The notes under the pieces are model-generated. The model made no database searches. It had not been told where the DNA came from and was given only the letters and a program-made list of their open reading frames with translations. A stretch of DNA of 64,000 nt, taken from the NCBI GenBank assembly GCA_008690995.1, contig VRMN01000004.1, positions 1,116,001-1,180,000 on the forward strand, read 5' to 3'. Source of the DNA: Porphyridium purpureum. Its lineage: Eukaryota. Every line of letters begins with the position of its first letter. Positions within the stretch are counted from its first letter, which is position 1. The translations under genes were made by a program, and so were the position numbers. Of this stretch, positions 1-11,340 are shown piece by piece.

Positions 1-488
1 ATCGCCAACAGCAGGCAGCTCTTGGCAAAATTGAGACTATTAAGGCCGTGGGGATCAACGCAGAGCACGACGCGGTGCAAGTAGCGGAACGCGAGCTCAA
101 CCGTTGTCCTCGACAGGGTCCAGTCGTACGCTTTTTGAGTGATGTATGCGAGGCACGACTCGAACACGGCCTCTTGTCTGAGATCCAGCGACGCGGCAGC
201 TCGACAGAGATCAGGCTCGTGCAATGCTTGGTGCTGCTGCGCTTTTGCGCGCAGCAACAAGGCTAGGTCCATGTTTTCCTTGTCCTGTTGTTGAAGCCTG
301 CCCATTTCCTCGACTTGCGAGCCAGTCTCGCGGGCAGCTCTGCCGACAATGGCGGCTGCTTGTCGCTGGCAGCTTGCCCTTCTTGCAGCAGGTATCTGCC
401 AGCTTTTGTCGAAGGCGCTTTCTGTCGAATCGCTCAGACGTTCTTTCCTTGGCCGACTGCGTTTGTGGGTTAGCCTCAAATGATCCAT
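1..488 (-). CDS. Divergent cyclin-like protein (cyclin N-terminal box), copy 1; 3' part runs off the window start
   Basis: Hand translation of the minus strand is open from ATG 488 (alternatives 305, 272) to base 1: ...LRAKAQQHQALHEPDLCRAAASLDLRQEAVFESCLAYITQKAYDWTLSRTTVELAFRYLHRV...NFAKSCLLLA. Colinear with the ORF at 1300-1725. Confidence 0.75.
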   Translation of the reverse strand, partial: MDHLRLTHKRSRPRKERLSDSTESAFDKSWQIPAARRASCQRQAAAIVGRAARETGSQVEEMGRLQQQDKENMDLALLLRAKAQQHQALHEPDLCRAAASLDLRQEAVFESCLAYITQKAYDWTLSRTTVELAFRYLHRVVLCVDPHGLNSLNFAKSCLLLA

Positions 489-924
489 CGCGTGATATTC
501 TGCGTGAACAAGCAGCGCTGGCCAACGTGAGTGAACTTGCACGCTAAGGCAGAGCCCCCCCCACCCGCCGACGGTCCCATCCGACGCAGCGCGTGAAAAT
601 CAGTAAGTGGAGGTGACTGCCACGAGAAAAAATGAACAAAAAATTCGGTTTGGCGGAGGGAAATAAAAATTAAAAACGGCTCTCGCTAAAATACGGATGT
701 TTCAGTAGGAACACATCTTGAATCATGCGGCAATGTGGGACACAGCCTTGAATGTGACCTGTTGTCCCGGTTGGGAGGGGGTCAGACAACAACACGCGCG
801 CGCACGTCTTGGCTGACAGGGGAATAAGATGTGGCTCGGATGACCAATGAGAAGGGAGGGCGGGAGGAAAGAAGACACACAAGGAAACAGAATAATTAAG
901 CCGACCATCGGCAAGCCGTTACTT

Positions 925-1725
925 CTATGGAGACAAGGGGGAAAGCATGTCGCCGTCGTGGGTCAATGATCTGCCGCTCATCAACGATAGGGTGGAGAGC
1001 CGCCTTCGCCCAGTCATTTGTCCAAAGGGCGAGTTTATGAATGCCTCAAGATCTCGCTCCACGAGCTGCACATAAGCCAAGTCGAGCGGAGTCTCTTTTA
1101 ACGCCTCGACGAGAGGGCCCGTGTCTTTGCTGAGAGAAAACGAATTCAGGGCGACAAAGAACGCCGCCGCTCCCAGCTCGCACGCATCCAGACCCACAAA
1201 TTCGCCCTTTCTCAGCGAGCTCAGCACGATCTCGTTTGCTTTGCACACTGTGTACGACGACGGTGACATCTCCAGGTAGTCGGCCAGTGATCCAACCATC
1301 TAGCTACTGCACGGCACATTCATTTTCCATTCGAGAACCCGCAGCACCAGCAGCTCGAGCTTGCACATGTAGTCCACATCCTCGTTCACCAGATTGAAGC
1401 AGAACAGACGGTCCACCGGCTCGTTGAACTTGATCGCCAGCAGTAGGCAGCTCTTGGCAAAGTTCAGACTGTTCACGCCATCAGGATCGACGCGAAGCAG
1501 CACGCGGTGCAAGTAGCGGAGCGCGAGCTCGACGGTCTTTGTCGAGAGGGTCCAATCGTAGGCCTTTTGTGTCATATACGCAAGACACGACTCGAACACA
1601 GCCTCTTGTTTGAGGTCAAGCGACGCGGCAGCCCTACAGATCCCTGGCTCATGAAGTGCTTTTTGCTGCCGCGCCTTGGCCCGCAGCTGAGTGATGAGAT
1701 CGTTCCTCCTCTGCCAGTTGTCCAT
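925..1725 (-). pseudogene. Divergent cyclin-like gene, copy 2, interrupted by an in-frame TAG at 1300-1302
   Basis: Cyclin-box motifs LALRYLHRVL, SCLLLAIKFNE and KLELLVLRVLEWKM lie in 1300-1725. ORF 925-1299 continues in the same frame directly after the TAG. Confidence 0.65.
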
Positions 1726-2557
1726 TTCTCACAGCCGGCTCATTCCCGGGCAATGTATCTGGGCCGCTCTTCTCGAGCCGTCCACATGGTCGCCCGATCG
1801 CCTCCGTTGTCTCCCCCCTGTTCCAAGAATGCCGAGAGTGAGACTACACCTCTTATACGAGGGCTACAAGTGTCCCAAGCAGCGATCGACGCTGGTTTTC
1901 CATGGGACGGCCGTGCGATGCACTACCCTCGCTTGCATCGCGCGTGATCTGCCTCCAGCAGAATCGCGAAATTGGCACCATGAACGGTGGCATGTTGGTG
2001 CGCTCGTGGGCGGGCTGCGTCTCGTCGCCTTTTTCGTAGAATATGAGATGTCAGGTGTCGAACGCGATAGAAATCCTCGCTTTATCATGTGCCCTGCGTC
2101 CTTTGCAGGCTTACGCGTTCGTACGTGTTTTCGTTTTCTGCGCTGCCTTTGCATTGTATGTGCTCACGTACCAGCAGACGTCGGATGTTGTCCACATAGG
2201 AAACAACCACATGGCCGCCGCTCGTCCGGACCCTTCTTAATCTCGTCATATCGAATCCAATTAACTGCAAGAAAGCTATTTCAAACAATCGGATACGGGA
2301 TACCACTGGATATTGTGTAATGGGAATTGATAACCCTTAAAGATATTATGCCTAGGGAAGGGTCCACAAGCCTATACAGTGAGAGTCGTCCGGTTGGACG
2401 GATGCGCGAATGTTTCACCACGCACTGGGTCATCATCGGCAGGAAGAACCAGCGGCGAAGAGGGACAGAAGTTTGAAATCCTTGTTGGGCACACCCACGA
2501 CACACACTCCACAGATTACGAGAGGCAATTGTGGCCGGCCAACGCTCGAAAGCGCCT

Positions 2558-4039
2558 TCAAGACGAGATCTGGTCGACTCGGCGAGATCCAGACTTTCTA
2601 GCAGGTTGCAACCAGCCTGACGAGCGCAGAGGCGCGTGGCTCGCCGCTGCAGATTGGAGAAAGTCGCACCATGCTCGGTTGACGAGCACCTCGAACGAAT
2701 CCGCGCAGTAGGTTGTGTTGAATGACCGAAACGCGACACCCGGACTCCACGCCGTGTCGAGCGAGATCGACGTTTGCGGTGCCCGTGCGTCACGAAGCGC
2801 AACCACCAGTCGACCCACATTGGAACTAAACGTACCGACGAAGAACGACGCGCGCTGCAGCAAGCTCAACTCCAACAGCAGCTGTGCTGTCATTTCCACA
2901 CCGACCAGCTCGTTTTGTGAGCGAGCATTGTTGGACAAGCGCTGTTCGTGGCCCTCGCGCGAGCTCTGCGAGGTATCAACGATCGCGAGACGCAGACTGG
3001 TAGCCGCGGTACGGGCTCTCACCATGTCCTTGAGCTCATTTATCACCGCGAAGTCATCTGAGCATACATAAACCATGCGCAAGTCGTACCGATTCGCCGC
3101 CCACATAATCGCATTCACATATTGTGCAATTGGTACATACGGTGCGTCTTTGTACTTGTCACCACGTCGAATATGCACGCCCATGTAACCCTGCAAGCGA
3201 GATCCATCAGCCTGAACAAGTAAGGCGTCCAGCTGCATTTCCACATTGCGCTGCAGGACATCAGAGAAGACCCAAAACCGTCGCAGCAGTCTCTGATACA
3301 AGCGCAAGTCGGCGTCACCAGGTACGGCCTGGCGCAATGCACGATACGCCAAAGACTCGCTAGTCTTGTCAGCCGCAGTTAGGCATCTTTTATGTGTGGC
3401 AAGCTCCGCGGCCTGCGTGGTGGCATTGCCTTGCTTCCACTCAGCATATAGATCAAGATCAAACGTGGATGTGGGAATGGCAGCCCGGCAAAGCTCGCGG
3501 CACGACCTGGCATCCTCACTCATTGCAAAGTATGCCGACCATCCGCCGCCGTAATTCCATCTGTGTCTCGGCAAATCCGGGACGAACTTTGCGCCAAGTT
3601 GGTCGGCCAGCGCGGCTGCTTCAACCATACGTAGCATTTGTGCGCCAAAGCCATTTTTCTTGGTGTCACGAAACAAGAGCACGCGGCCAACGCAAGTGCC
3701 GGTACTGGAACCCGGACTCTGCCGCAGCAAGAACGGTGCAATCCGATGACCAAACAATGCTGCTTCATGCCACAGATCCTCGTACTCGACGCCCACCAGC
3801 GCCGTCGTCAAACTGTGTGCTGGACGCGCACGCGACCTGTACAGAGATAATCCGCCGAGCACGAGCGTGATCAAAAGGCTAGAGAAGCCAATGAGCCGAA
3901 GCCGTACGCGGCGCTTTGCAGCGTAGCGCTCGCGGTGTCGCGGCATCGCGACATCTCGCTGCTGCGGGGGCGCTCTTCCGCTGCTTTGCACATTCACGCT
4001 CGGAAAAGGTCCCTTGAAATCATCGGGCGATGATGACAT
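2558..4039 (-). CDS. Alpha-1,6-fucosyltransferase-like (GT23/NodZ family) type II membrane glycosyltransferase
   Basis: N-terminal TM anchor (LIGFSSLLITLVLGGLSLY); motifs GFGAQM, GVHIRRGDK, VCSDD and FVGTFSSNVGRL. Confidence 0.8.
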   Translation of the reverse strand: MSSSPDDFKGPFPSVNVQSSGRAPPQQRDVAMPRHRERYAAKRRVRLRLIGFSSLLITLVLGGLSLYRSRARPAHSLTTALVGVEYEDLWHEAALFGHRIAPFLLRQSPGSSTGTCVGRVLLFRDTKKNGFGAQMLRMVEAAALADQLGAKFVPDLPRHRWNYGGGWSAYFAMSEDARSCRELCRAAIPTSTFDLDLYAEWKQGNATTQAAELATHKRCLTAADKTSESLAYRALRQAVPGDADLRLYQRLLRRFWVFSDVLQRNVEMQLDALLVQADGSRLQGYMGVHIRRGDKYKDAPYVPIAQYVNAIMWAANRYDLRMVYVCSDDFAVINELKDMVRARTAATSLRLAIVDTSQSSREGHEQRLSNNARSQNELVGVEMTAQLLLELSLLQRASFFVGTFSSNVGRLVVALRDARAPQTSISLDTAWSPGVAFRSFNTTYCADSFEVLVNRAWCDFLQSAAASHAPLRSSGWLQPARKSGSRRVDQISS

Positions 4040-4369
4040 TCTGACATTATTATAGTCTCAATGATGACACCACACGATGGTCATGTCATAGTCGGATCGG
4101 CTGTTTTCATCGGGATGCAACGCACTGGTGTAGACGCACGCGATGTCAAAGGCTGAAGCAGAAAACGACTCACGCATCGTCCTAAACAAGAACGATGCCA
4201 AGTCGGTGCCGCGAAAGTCGAGCATCAACCTAGAGCACACAGCCCAACAGACGAGAGAGGTTGCCGGTAGCCCGCGGCTGTCTCCAAATGCATGAAAAAG
4301 AATTACCTTTATACGTTTCCATGTACGATCGCCGCAGCCGGGCGCCTCTGCGAATGAACTGGTGGACGG

Positions 4370-5650
4370 TCATCGACGACCTCGCCCGCCACGACCACCA
4401 CCCCGTCCCCGGCCACCACCACGCCCACCGCCACGGCCACCCCCACGCCCGCCTTTGTACCCGCCCTTGCGCCTGGAGTCATTGGAGCCCACTTTGTTTT
4501 GTTTTTGACGGTCATGCACGTTTTTCCAAAACGCGGCTTCCTCTTCGCCCTCAAGCACAGACAATTCCGGAACGTGACCGCCAATCTCTGTTTTGGCTTC
4601 TTCCAATCCAGCCTTGGCAGCTGCCGCGCATTCAGGCGCCGAAAATCGTACCATGGCAACGTTGGAGTCGGCACTTGGACGGTACTCGACGTATGCCACC
4701 ATGCCGAACACTTCCATAACCTTTCGAATGTCATCATGATGCATCCCCGGACCAACATTACCTACGCGTAGCACCATGCCGGGCACAAATTCGATATTTT
4801 CCCGTGCAGGCGGGACCGCAGACTCCTTTTGCTCCTCGACCTCGGGTTGCTCTTCTTTTGATTCCTTGTCCGCGTCGTTGGACTCCTCAACCGCGTCTTT
4901 AGACTCGTTGTGCTCCGCTTTCGACTCCTTGTGGTCCTCTGCTTTGCCTTCTTTTTCGGTCTTCCTCTTCTTCTTCAGCTTGGCTTCACCATCGTCTGTG
5001 CCTTCTCGCTTGAGCTTTCGGTCCTGTTTCGGCAATTCTTGAGCACGCAGCTCGATTTTCTGTCCATTGTGTTCAAACTGAAACACCTCTTCGGCTAGCA
5101 CCCGCGCGAGCGCTTCTTCCGACTCCATCTCCAGATGAACCGTACCATTGAAGAGCATCACCTTGCGTGGCGCTGGCTCGTCAGCCGATGCAGCCGGGAC
5201 ATCTTGAGACGCGGGACTTCGTCTTCGAATGACGCTCAGAACGTCGCCATAAGGCTCAAACAAGACAGCAATCTCGTCGATGTCTGGCTCAAGCTCAATG
5301 CCCGGCTCGGTACTGGGCGGAAAGCCGGTCAAGAGCGCCACGCGCTTGAAGAAATCGGAGCGCTTTGGCAGCTTTGTCTTTCTTTTGACCTTGGCGCTCG
5401 TCTGCTCGTCCACCTCCACAAGCTCGGAGCCCTGCAGCGCCTCAACGACTTCGGCGGCATCTGTGGTGATCATTTTCAGCCTCTTAAAGCACAGCAAGGT
5501 CTCAATCGGCACATATCCTTCATTCGCCTCCATGACCTCTCGCAGAAATTTGTCGCGCGGAATATTCGAATCGCTGAAATAAAACTCGATTTGCTTGCGT
5601 GCTTTGCGCAGCCGCTCCGCCTTGTCACTATCTGCCGCCATACCGGGCAT
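4370..5650 (-). CDS. SSB: La autoantigen / Lhp1 RNA-binding protein
   Basis: La motif (RKQIEFYFSDSNIPRDKFL...GYVPIETLLCFKRLK), RRM1, an acidic/basic linker, RRM2 (LEGEEEAAFW) and an RGG tail. Start ATG is 5650 or 5641. Confidence 0.92.
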   Translation of the reverse strand: MPGMAADSDKAERLRKARKQIEFYFSDSNIPRDKFLREVMEANEGYVPIETLLCFKRLKMITTDAAEVVEALQGSELVEVDEQTSAKVKRKTKLPKRSDFFKRVALLTGFPPSTEPGIELEPDIDEIAVLFEPYGDVLSVIRRRSPASQDVPAASADEPAPRKVMLFNGTVHLEMESEEALARVLAEEVFQFEHNGQKIELRAQELPKQDRKLKREGTDDGEAKLKKKRKTEKEGKAEDHKESKAEHNESKDAVEESNDADKESKEEQPEVEEQKESAVPPARENIEFVPGMVLRVGNVGPGMHHDDIRKVMEVFGMVAYVEYRPSADSNVAMVRFSAPECAAAAKAGLEEAKTEIGGHVPELSVLEGEEEAAFWKNVHDRQKQNKVGSNDSRRKGGYKGGRGGGRGGGRGGGRGRGGGRGGRGRR

Positions 5651-6166
5651 ATCTACATCCACGCACGGCCCTCAATTCTCCCCCGCACTCACGCTCCCAC
5701 TCTTTCTCCCCTTACCACACGAACCACGCAACCGGTTTGCCCAAATCGGCGACTACGCCACGTCGTGCGTCGCCGCACAACACCAAAAAGCCCTTCCGTG
5801 GCCGTACCGCGCGCGATATCACACACCACAGCGCCCGCTCTTCAATTGCACCCCAACGCACCGCTGCTCCCTGTCCACCACCCACACACCCACACACCTC
5901 CACACAAACACATATACACACACAAGCTTTTGCATCAACACCCGCGTCGCCCCTTCGTTCCTCTTCCTTTCGACCACCACCGACCGACTCACACCGCCGG
6001 CCTTCTGAAAAAGAAACAGACGCCAACTGTACCTCCGCGATTGAATCGGCGTTCCCGAGAGGTACAGCCGTGCGCGTTTCGTATCTCCCGATCTCTGCAC
6101 TAAGAAAACGCGCTCAAACAATCAGCACACCTCCGAGCTGTACTTTTATATATTAAAATGGCCTGT

Positions 6167-6357
6167 TTTGAATTGCAACGTGCTCGCGCATGTAACGGAA
6201 ACGAAAAGCGCCATTTCGAAACGGACATGCAGACGGACACAGCCGAATCGAGCAGAGAGCCGAGCAGAGCTTGGGAAGAACAGTGATGATGGCAGAACGG
6301 AACTGGCCGTCGCGGCGAAATGGGACGCGCGCGCCTGGAGGTTTCCGTTTGGAACGG
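6167..6357 (+). promoter_or_regulatory. Cluster of MSA-like AACGG elements plus a CHR-like TTTGAA upstream of CDC20
   Basis: AACGG at 6194, 6220, 6296 and 6353; CCGTT at 6345; TTTGAA at 6167. All lie about 470-660 bp upstream of the CDC20 ATG. Confidence 0.5.
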
Positions 6358-6830
6358 CGGATTTGGTAGGTGATTGGCCGGCGTCGATGTGACGCCAAGG
6401 GATGGTTTGGTCATAGGGGGGTTTGGGGTTTGGATTGGATTGCGGCACCTCAGCCTGCGCGGCTGCTGGTGGTTTGTGGAGCAAAGGTAGGAATGGATGG
6501 AAACAGTGCGTGGCTCTGCGTCAGGTGCTCGAAGGACGTACGTTGCGAAGCGAGTCGCGACGCATCAGGTATAAATGCACAGTGTGGTTGCACACAGGGC
6601 GACTGAGTGAAGGTGCGGGTGCGGACAAGGAAAAGGTCAGACAGAAAGTATTGCCGCGCACATACTTATTTCAGCAGAGGCCTTGATAGCTACGGGTACG
6701 TAGACATCAAAAGTGCAGAGCGTGTGCCCTGGTACGGATGTTTTGTCGCATCGTAGCGCACATGTTCCGACCCCCGAGGACGATTGACAAGAGACTCACT
6801 GACGACGTACCGGAATAGAAAGACAGCACG

Positions 6831-8501
6831 ATGTTTGGCAGCCAGCTTTCAGAGGTGGACGAGTTCCAAAGCTTCGATGGGCCGATGGAAAACGCGCCAC
6901 TGGCGCGATGGGAGCGCAAGGCCAAGGCCCTCGAGTCGTCCAGAAGCTTGAACATGAACAGCGCCGTGACAAGTGGCACAACCTCGCGCGCAAAGACGCC
7001 AAACAACCGCACGCCGCGCAAGACGCCGCAAGCCGACCGCTTTATTCCAAACCGAAGCAACATGAACATGGATGTGAGTCGCATGCAGCTGAATTTTGGA
7101 GACAAGGAAAATGGCAGCGGCTCTCTCGCAGCTATGGACTCTGGCCTTTGCGCTGCGGCCGATTCGGATGACAACACGCTCGGGAGCGTTGACTATGATA
7201 TGGCGCTGGCCAATTCTCTGCTGGGCAAGCGCCCCTTCGCCACATCTAGTGGCTCGATCGGTGCCGCCATGAACGACGAGCTGGACGACCATGAAAGCGG
7301 TCCCGAACGCGGTCCGGAACTCGGGCCCGATGAGCTCGGCAGCAAGATTTTGTCTTTCAAGAGCAAAGCTCCAGAGCCCAAGCAAGGATACGTCAATTCG
7401 CTGCGTGTACTGTACTCTCAAAGCGCGGCGTCCACAATGGCCGCGCCGGCGCGCAAGCGCACGCTCCGCCACGTGCCAACAGCGCCGGAGAAAATCCTTG
7501 ACGCGCCAGATATTCTGGATGACTACTACCTCAACCTGCTGGACTGGAACAAGCAGAACATTCTAGCGGTCGCGCTGGGGCAGATCGTGTACCTGTGGAA
7601 CGCGTCGTCAGGAACCATTGAACAGTTGTGCGAGGTCCCCTCTGACACACCAGACGACTATATCAGTTCAGTGTCATGGATCCAGGACGGAAATGTGCTG
7701 GCCGTGGGTACCGGCAGCTGCGACCTGCAGCTGTGGGACACTGACCGGCTGAGCATGATCCGCTCCATGAAGTCGCACGCGGCCCGTGTTAGCTCCTTAG
7801 CATGGAATGGGCCGTTACTGTCGAGCGGGTCTCGGGACGCCACCATCCACAATCACGACGTCCGCATTGCGCAGCACGTGGTGGCCGAGCTAGCTGGTGC
7901 GCATCAACAGGAAATTTGCGGGCTCAAGTGGAACTCGCAGGGCACGCAGCTCGCATCAGGCGGCAACGACAACCTCCTTTGTATCTGGGATGCCGGACAA
8001 CGCACGCCGCGACACACGCTCAATCACCACACTGCGGCCGTCAAGGCGCTGGCGTGGTGCCCCTGGCAGCCTGGCCTGCTGGCGTCTGGCGGAGGTACCG
8101 CGGACCGCATGCTGCGCTTCTGGAATACTCAGTCGGGCGCGTGTGTGAACAGCATAGACACCAAGTCGCAGGTTTGCTCGATTGTGTGGAACCCGCACGA
8201 CAAGGAGCTGCTCACGAGCCACGGATTTTCACAAAACCAGCTCACCTTGTGGAAATATCCCAGTCTCATGCGTGTCGCGGAGCTGCCAGGCCACACGTCC
8301 AGAGTGCTGCACACTGCGCTCAGCGCGGACGGTCAGACCGTCGTTTCAGCTGCCGCTGATGAGACGCTGCGCTTTTGGCGTGTGTTCGAGGGCCAAAACG
8401 CGAGCAAGAAGAGCAAGACAACGGCCGGCTCGGGCTCCACGCACGGCGGCGTGTCCTCTCAGTCCAACCGGACAGGGCTGCGCGGGCTGCAGATCCGCTG
8501 A
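6831..8501 (+). CDS. CDC20: APC/C activator CDC20/fizzy
   Basis: C-box DRFIPNR, KEN box (DKENG), KILSFK motif, LDAPDILDDYYLNLLDW, WD40 repeats and a C-terminal IR tail. Confidence 0.96.
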   Translation: MFGSQLSEVDEFQSFDGPMENAPLARWERKAKALESSRSLNMNSAVTSGTTSRAKTPNNRTPRKTPQADRFIPNRSNMNMDVSRMQLNFGDKENGSGSLAAMDSGLCAAADSDDNTLGSVDYDMALANSLLGKRPFATSSGSIGAAMNDELDDHESGPERGPELGPDELGSKILSFKSKAPEPKQGYVNSLRVLYSQSAASTMAAPARKRTLRHVPTAPEKILDAPDILDDYYLNLLDWNKQNILAVALGQIVYLWNASSGTIEQLCEVPSDTPDDYISSVSWIQDGNVLAVGTGSCDLQLWDTDRLSMIRSMKSHAARVSSLAWNGPLLSSGSRDATIHNHDVRIAQHVVAELAGAHQQEICGLKWNSQGTQLASGGNDNLLCIWDAGQRTPRHTLNHHTAAVKALAWCPWQPGLLASGGGTADRMLRFWNTQSGACVNSIDTKSQVCSIVWNPHDKELLTSHGFSQNQLTLWKYPSLMRVAELPGHTSRVLHTALSADGQTVVSAAADETLRFWRVFEGQNASKKSKTTAGSGSTHGGVSSQSNRTGLRGLQIR

Positions 8502-9198
8502 AAGGGCGTGCGCCGCCGCATCTGGCTGTCGGCTTCGACGGGCTAGCGGTGGTCGTGCGTCCCACCGAGGGCGTGACGGTGTGACGAATATGACTTGTAC
8601 TGCATTGATAGTGAAGGAAACACTCTCTAACTCTGATCGTAAATTAACGAATCCAGTAAACTCTCGCGCAATTGTAGAAGTTTCCGAGATGTGTGCCCGT
8701 ACAGCATTCTGTGCAAGAGTGGCTCGCATCGGCGGGTGAGTTGCTGAACATGTGTCCGTGTCTGTGAGAGAGAGAATCGTTGGGTAGGCTATCGAAGCAG
8801 ATTCTAAACAAGAGGAGGATTTAACTCAGACTCGGCAACAAGTTTTGCGTCCGTCTCTTCAATATCTGACATTCTGCCAAAGCTTTCCTTCACAAACTAT
8901 CACCGATCAAACTACATTGTCAAGGCGTTGTAGCTTTTTTTTTTTTTTTTTTCTTTCCTACTGCTCTTGTCTCATCGGGTCACGCACGGACCGTTTTTGC
9001 CAACGACAGTTGCGAACATCAAAGGCATCAAAACAGTCTGGGCCGGTAATACACTCTACACGACGCAAGCCGGATCACCGGGAGCACGAGCAGACAAACA
9101 AGAGACACGGGCGCATGAAGCAAAAATGATTTACGACACCCGAGCTGACGTGGATTTCCGCAGGCCGCTGCCAGCCGAGACGCGCTAGCTCTGATCCT

Positions 9199-10437
9199 CT
9201 ACACGAGACTAGTCTCCATGATCTTCAAGGTAACTGCGTACGGACAAATGTTGCTGCCCGGGCGCCTGTCCTCAAAGTATCCCTTGTTTTCTGCCTCTGT
9301 CGTTCTCGGGATACGCACGGACGCGCCGCGGTTCGCCACACCCCACGAGAACTTTGTGATGGGAGCTGTCTCGCAAGCGCCTGTCAGACGCTTGTCATTA
9401 TCAAATCCATACACCTTGATGTGCTCTTCATGCTTCTTGGCAAAGTTCTCCATCACCTTCTTAATGATCTCGTAGCCGCCTTCCTCGCGCATGGGTTTGG
9501 TCGAGAAGTTGGTGTGGCAGCCAGCACCGTTCCACTCTCCCGGCATCGGCTTCACATCTAGGGAGACCTTGATCCCGTACTCCTCAGACATGCGCGACAT
9601 GATGTACCTTGACATCCAGATGTGGTCTCCGGACTCGATGCCTTCACACGGTCCGACCTGGTACTCCCACTGCGACATCATGACCTCGGCGTTCACGCCG
9701 CTGAGCTTGATGCCTGCGTACAGGCAGGCGGCGGCGTGGGCCTCCGCCAGCTCGCGGCCGTAGATTCTTGTGGCTCCGTTTCCGCAGTAGTACGGACCTT
9801 GCGGTGCCGGATAACCCTGCTTGGGCCAGCCGAGCGGGTGGCCGTCCAGCCCCAGAAGCGTGTATTCCTGTTCGATTCCGAACCACGGCACCAGATCCTT
9901 GTGCTTGTCAAAGATCTGAGCCGCCGGGTAGCGCATATTTGAAGGCAGGGGCGTGCCCGCGGGGGTGTATGTGTCACAGAGGACGAGAATGTTATTGCCG
10001 CCGCGGAACGGATCCTTGAAGATCGCCTGGGGCTTGAGCATGACCTCCGAGTCGGTACCCGGTGCCTGTTCCGTGGACGATCCGTCGTAGTTCCAGAGGG
10101 GCAAATCTGCGACGGACTTTGGCGCGGAGCTGAGCACCTTTGTCTTGGACCTGATATCCAACGGATCCATGCACACCGGCACGCCGTCGACCATCTGCGC
10201 GGCCCTGCCGCCCAACCACACGTACTCCGCGAAGATCTGCCCGCCCAGGTCGAGCTTCTCGTACTTATCCTTCAGCTTCTGATCGTACAGCTCCCTGCCG
10301 ATGTTCTCCACCTTCATGCTGAGCGGCGCTGCCGCGGCGCGGCCGGCTCCCGCACGCGCGGCGCCGCGCGGCACGCACATCGCCGCGCGCACCGCCGGCG
10401 TCATCACCGCCGCTCCCGCTCCCACAAATGCCGCCAT
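9199..10437 (-). CDS. glnA: Glutamine synthetase type II with plastid transit peptide
   Basis: [48 protein letters not shown] and GYFEDRRP; Ala/Arg-rich MAAFV... transit peptide starting at ATG 10437. Confidence 0.96.
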   Translation of the reverse strand: MAAFVGAGAAVMTPAVRAAMCVPRGAARAGAGRAAAAPLSMKVENIGRELYDQKLKDKYEKLDLGGQIFAEYVWLGGRAAQMVDGVPVCMDPLDIRSKTKVLSSAPKSVADLPLWNYDGSSTEQAPGTDSEVMLKPQAIFKDPFRGGNNILVLCDTYTPAGTPLPSNMRYPAAQIFDKHKDLVPWFGIEQEYTLLGLDGHPLGWPKQGYPAPQGPYYCGNGATRIYGRELAEAHAAACLYAGIKLSGVNAEVMMSQWEYQVGPCEGIESGDHIWMSRYIMSRMSEEYGIKVSLDVKPMPGEWNGAGCHTNFSTKPMREEGGYEIIKKVMENFAKKHEEHIKVYGFDNDKRLTGACETAPITKFSWGVANRGASVRIPRTTEAENKGYFEDRRPGSNICPYAVTLKIMETSLV

Positions 10438-11340
10438 CGTGTCCCCTCTACCAACCCCCTTCTTCAACCTTACACCCACCCTCCCTACCAAAAACACCCT
10501 CTCTCCCTCTCTCCTCCTCCCCTTCCCTCCCCCCTCTTCAAACCTTCTTATCCCAATCCTCGAAAAACCCAACACCCACGCTCTTCACACCCAAACCCAA
10601 ACCAATTTATCCCTCAAACCCCCACCACTGCCAATACAAAACACCGAAACCCCCACCAACCACCACCACCACCACAACAACAACAAGACCAACAAGAACA
10701 CAACCTCGATCTCGCTTTACGATACATCGATTGGACAGGCTGCCGCGCGCGCGCCGCGCATCGAGCCGCGTTTTGTTCACACGCACCACGAATCATCACC
10801 ACACGAATACGCACACGCGCCGCGGCACCGCGTGCGCGCTCGCTCGGCATACACAAACGCACACCATTTGACGACGCAACCACTGTACCTCTGTGTGCAT
10901 CTACATGTTTTGTGCGTGGGTTCTTGCGTGCTGATGGTGCGGTTGGTCGACACGCGCGGTGGCGAGTGCAATGGAGAAAGTACAGTTGTGGCTTCAGGCA
11001 AAGGGGGAGCGCATGGCCGATGAGGATGACACAGGGGGTTTTTGCACGCGGATGCGATGCATGGGCAAGTATGAATGGGACACGGCGCGTTCGCTGCGTG
11101 GGGGTGAAGACCTGGACGCGCGTGGGTGCGATCATCTGGCGCTGGCTCGCGCGTGGTGGTTCGTGATGGCGGGTTGGGTGCGTGCGTGCAGACGGGCCGT
11201 TACGGCTTGGCAATGCGGTCGTGGCATGGGCGGCTACATTCGAGCGTGACGGAACGGCGCATGGATGCCGGGACTTCTATGAGCATATGTACTTCGCACG
11301 GCCATTGGTACCAGGAATGAACACGCGCGCGATCGAATGA

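Noticed and set aside
1507..2320. ORFs of 146, 209 and 96 aa upstream of cyclin copy 2
   Set aside because: No recognisable motifs and partly antisense shadows; cannot be supported as genes.
4060..4156. ATGATGA...CTGA pair as a possible C/D snoRNA
   Set aside because: No terminal stem or identifiable rRNA guide; such short motifs arise by chance.
5135..6156. Long His/Thr/Pro-rich plus-strand ORFs (similar ones at 10301-11023 and 21918-22375)
   Set aside because: Artefacts of C/A-skewed low-complexity leaders and antisense of GC-rich CDSs.
6690..6830. Possible 5' UTR intron of CDC20 (GTACGT, CACTGAC, AG)
   Set aside because: Plausible, but with no reading-frame constraint it cannot be tested from sequence alone.
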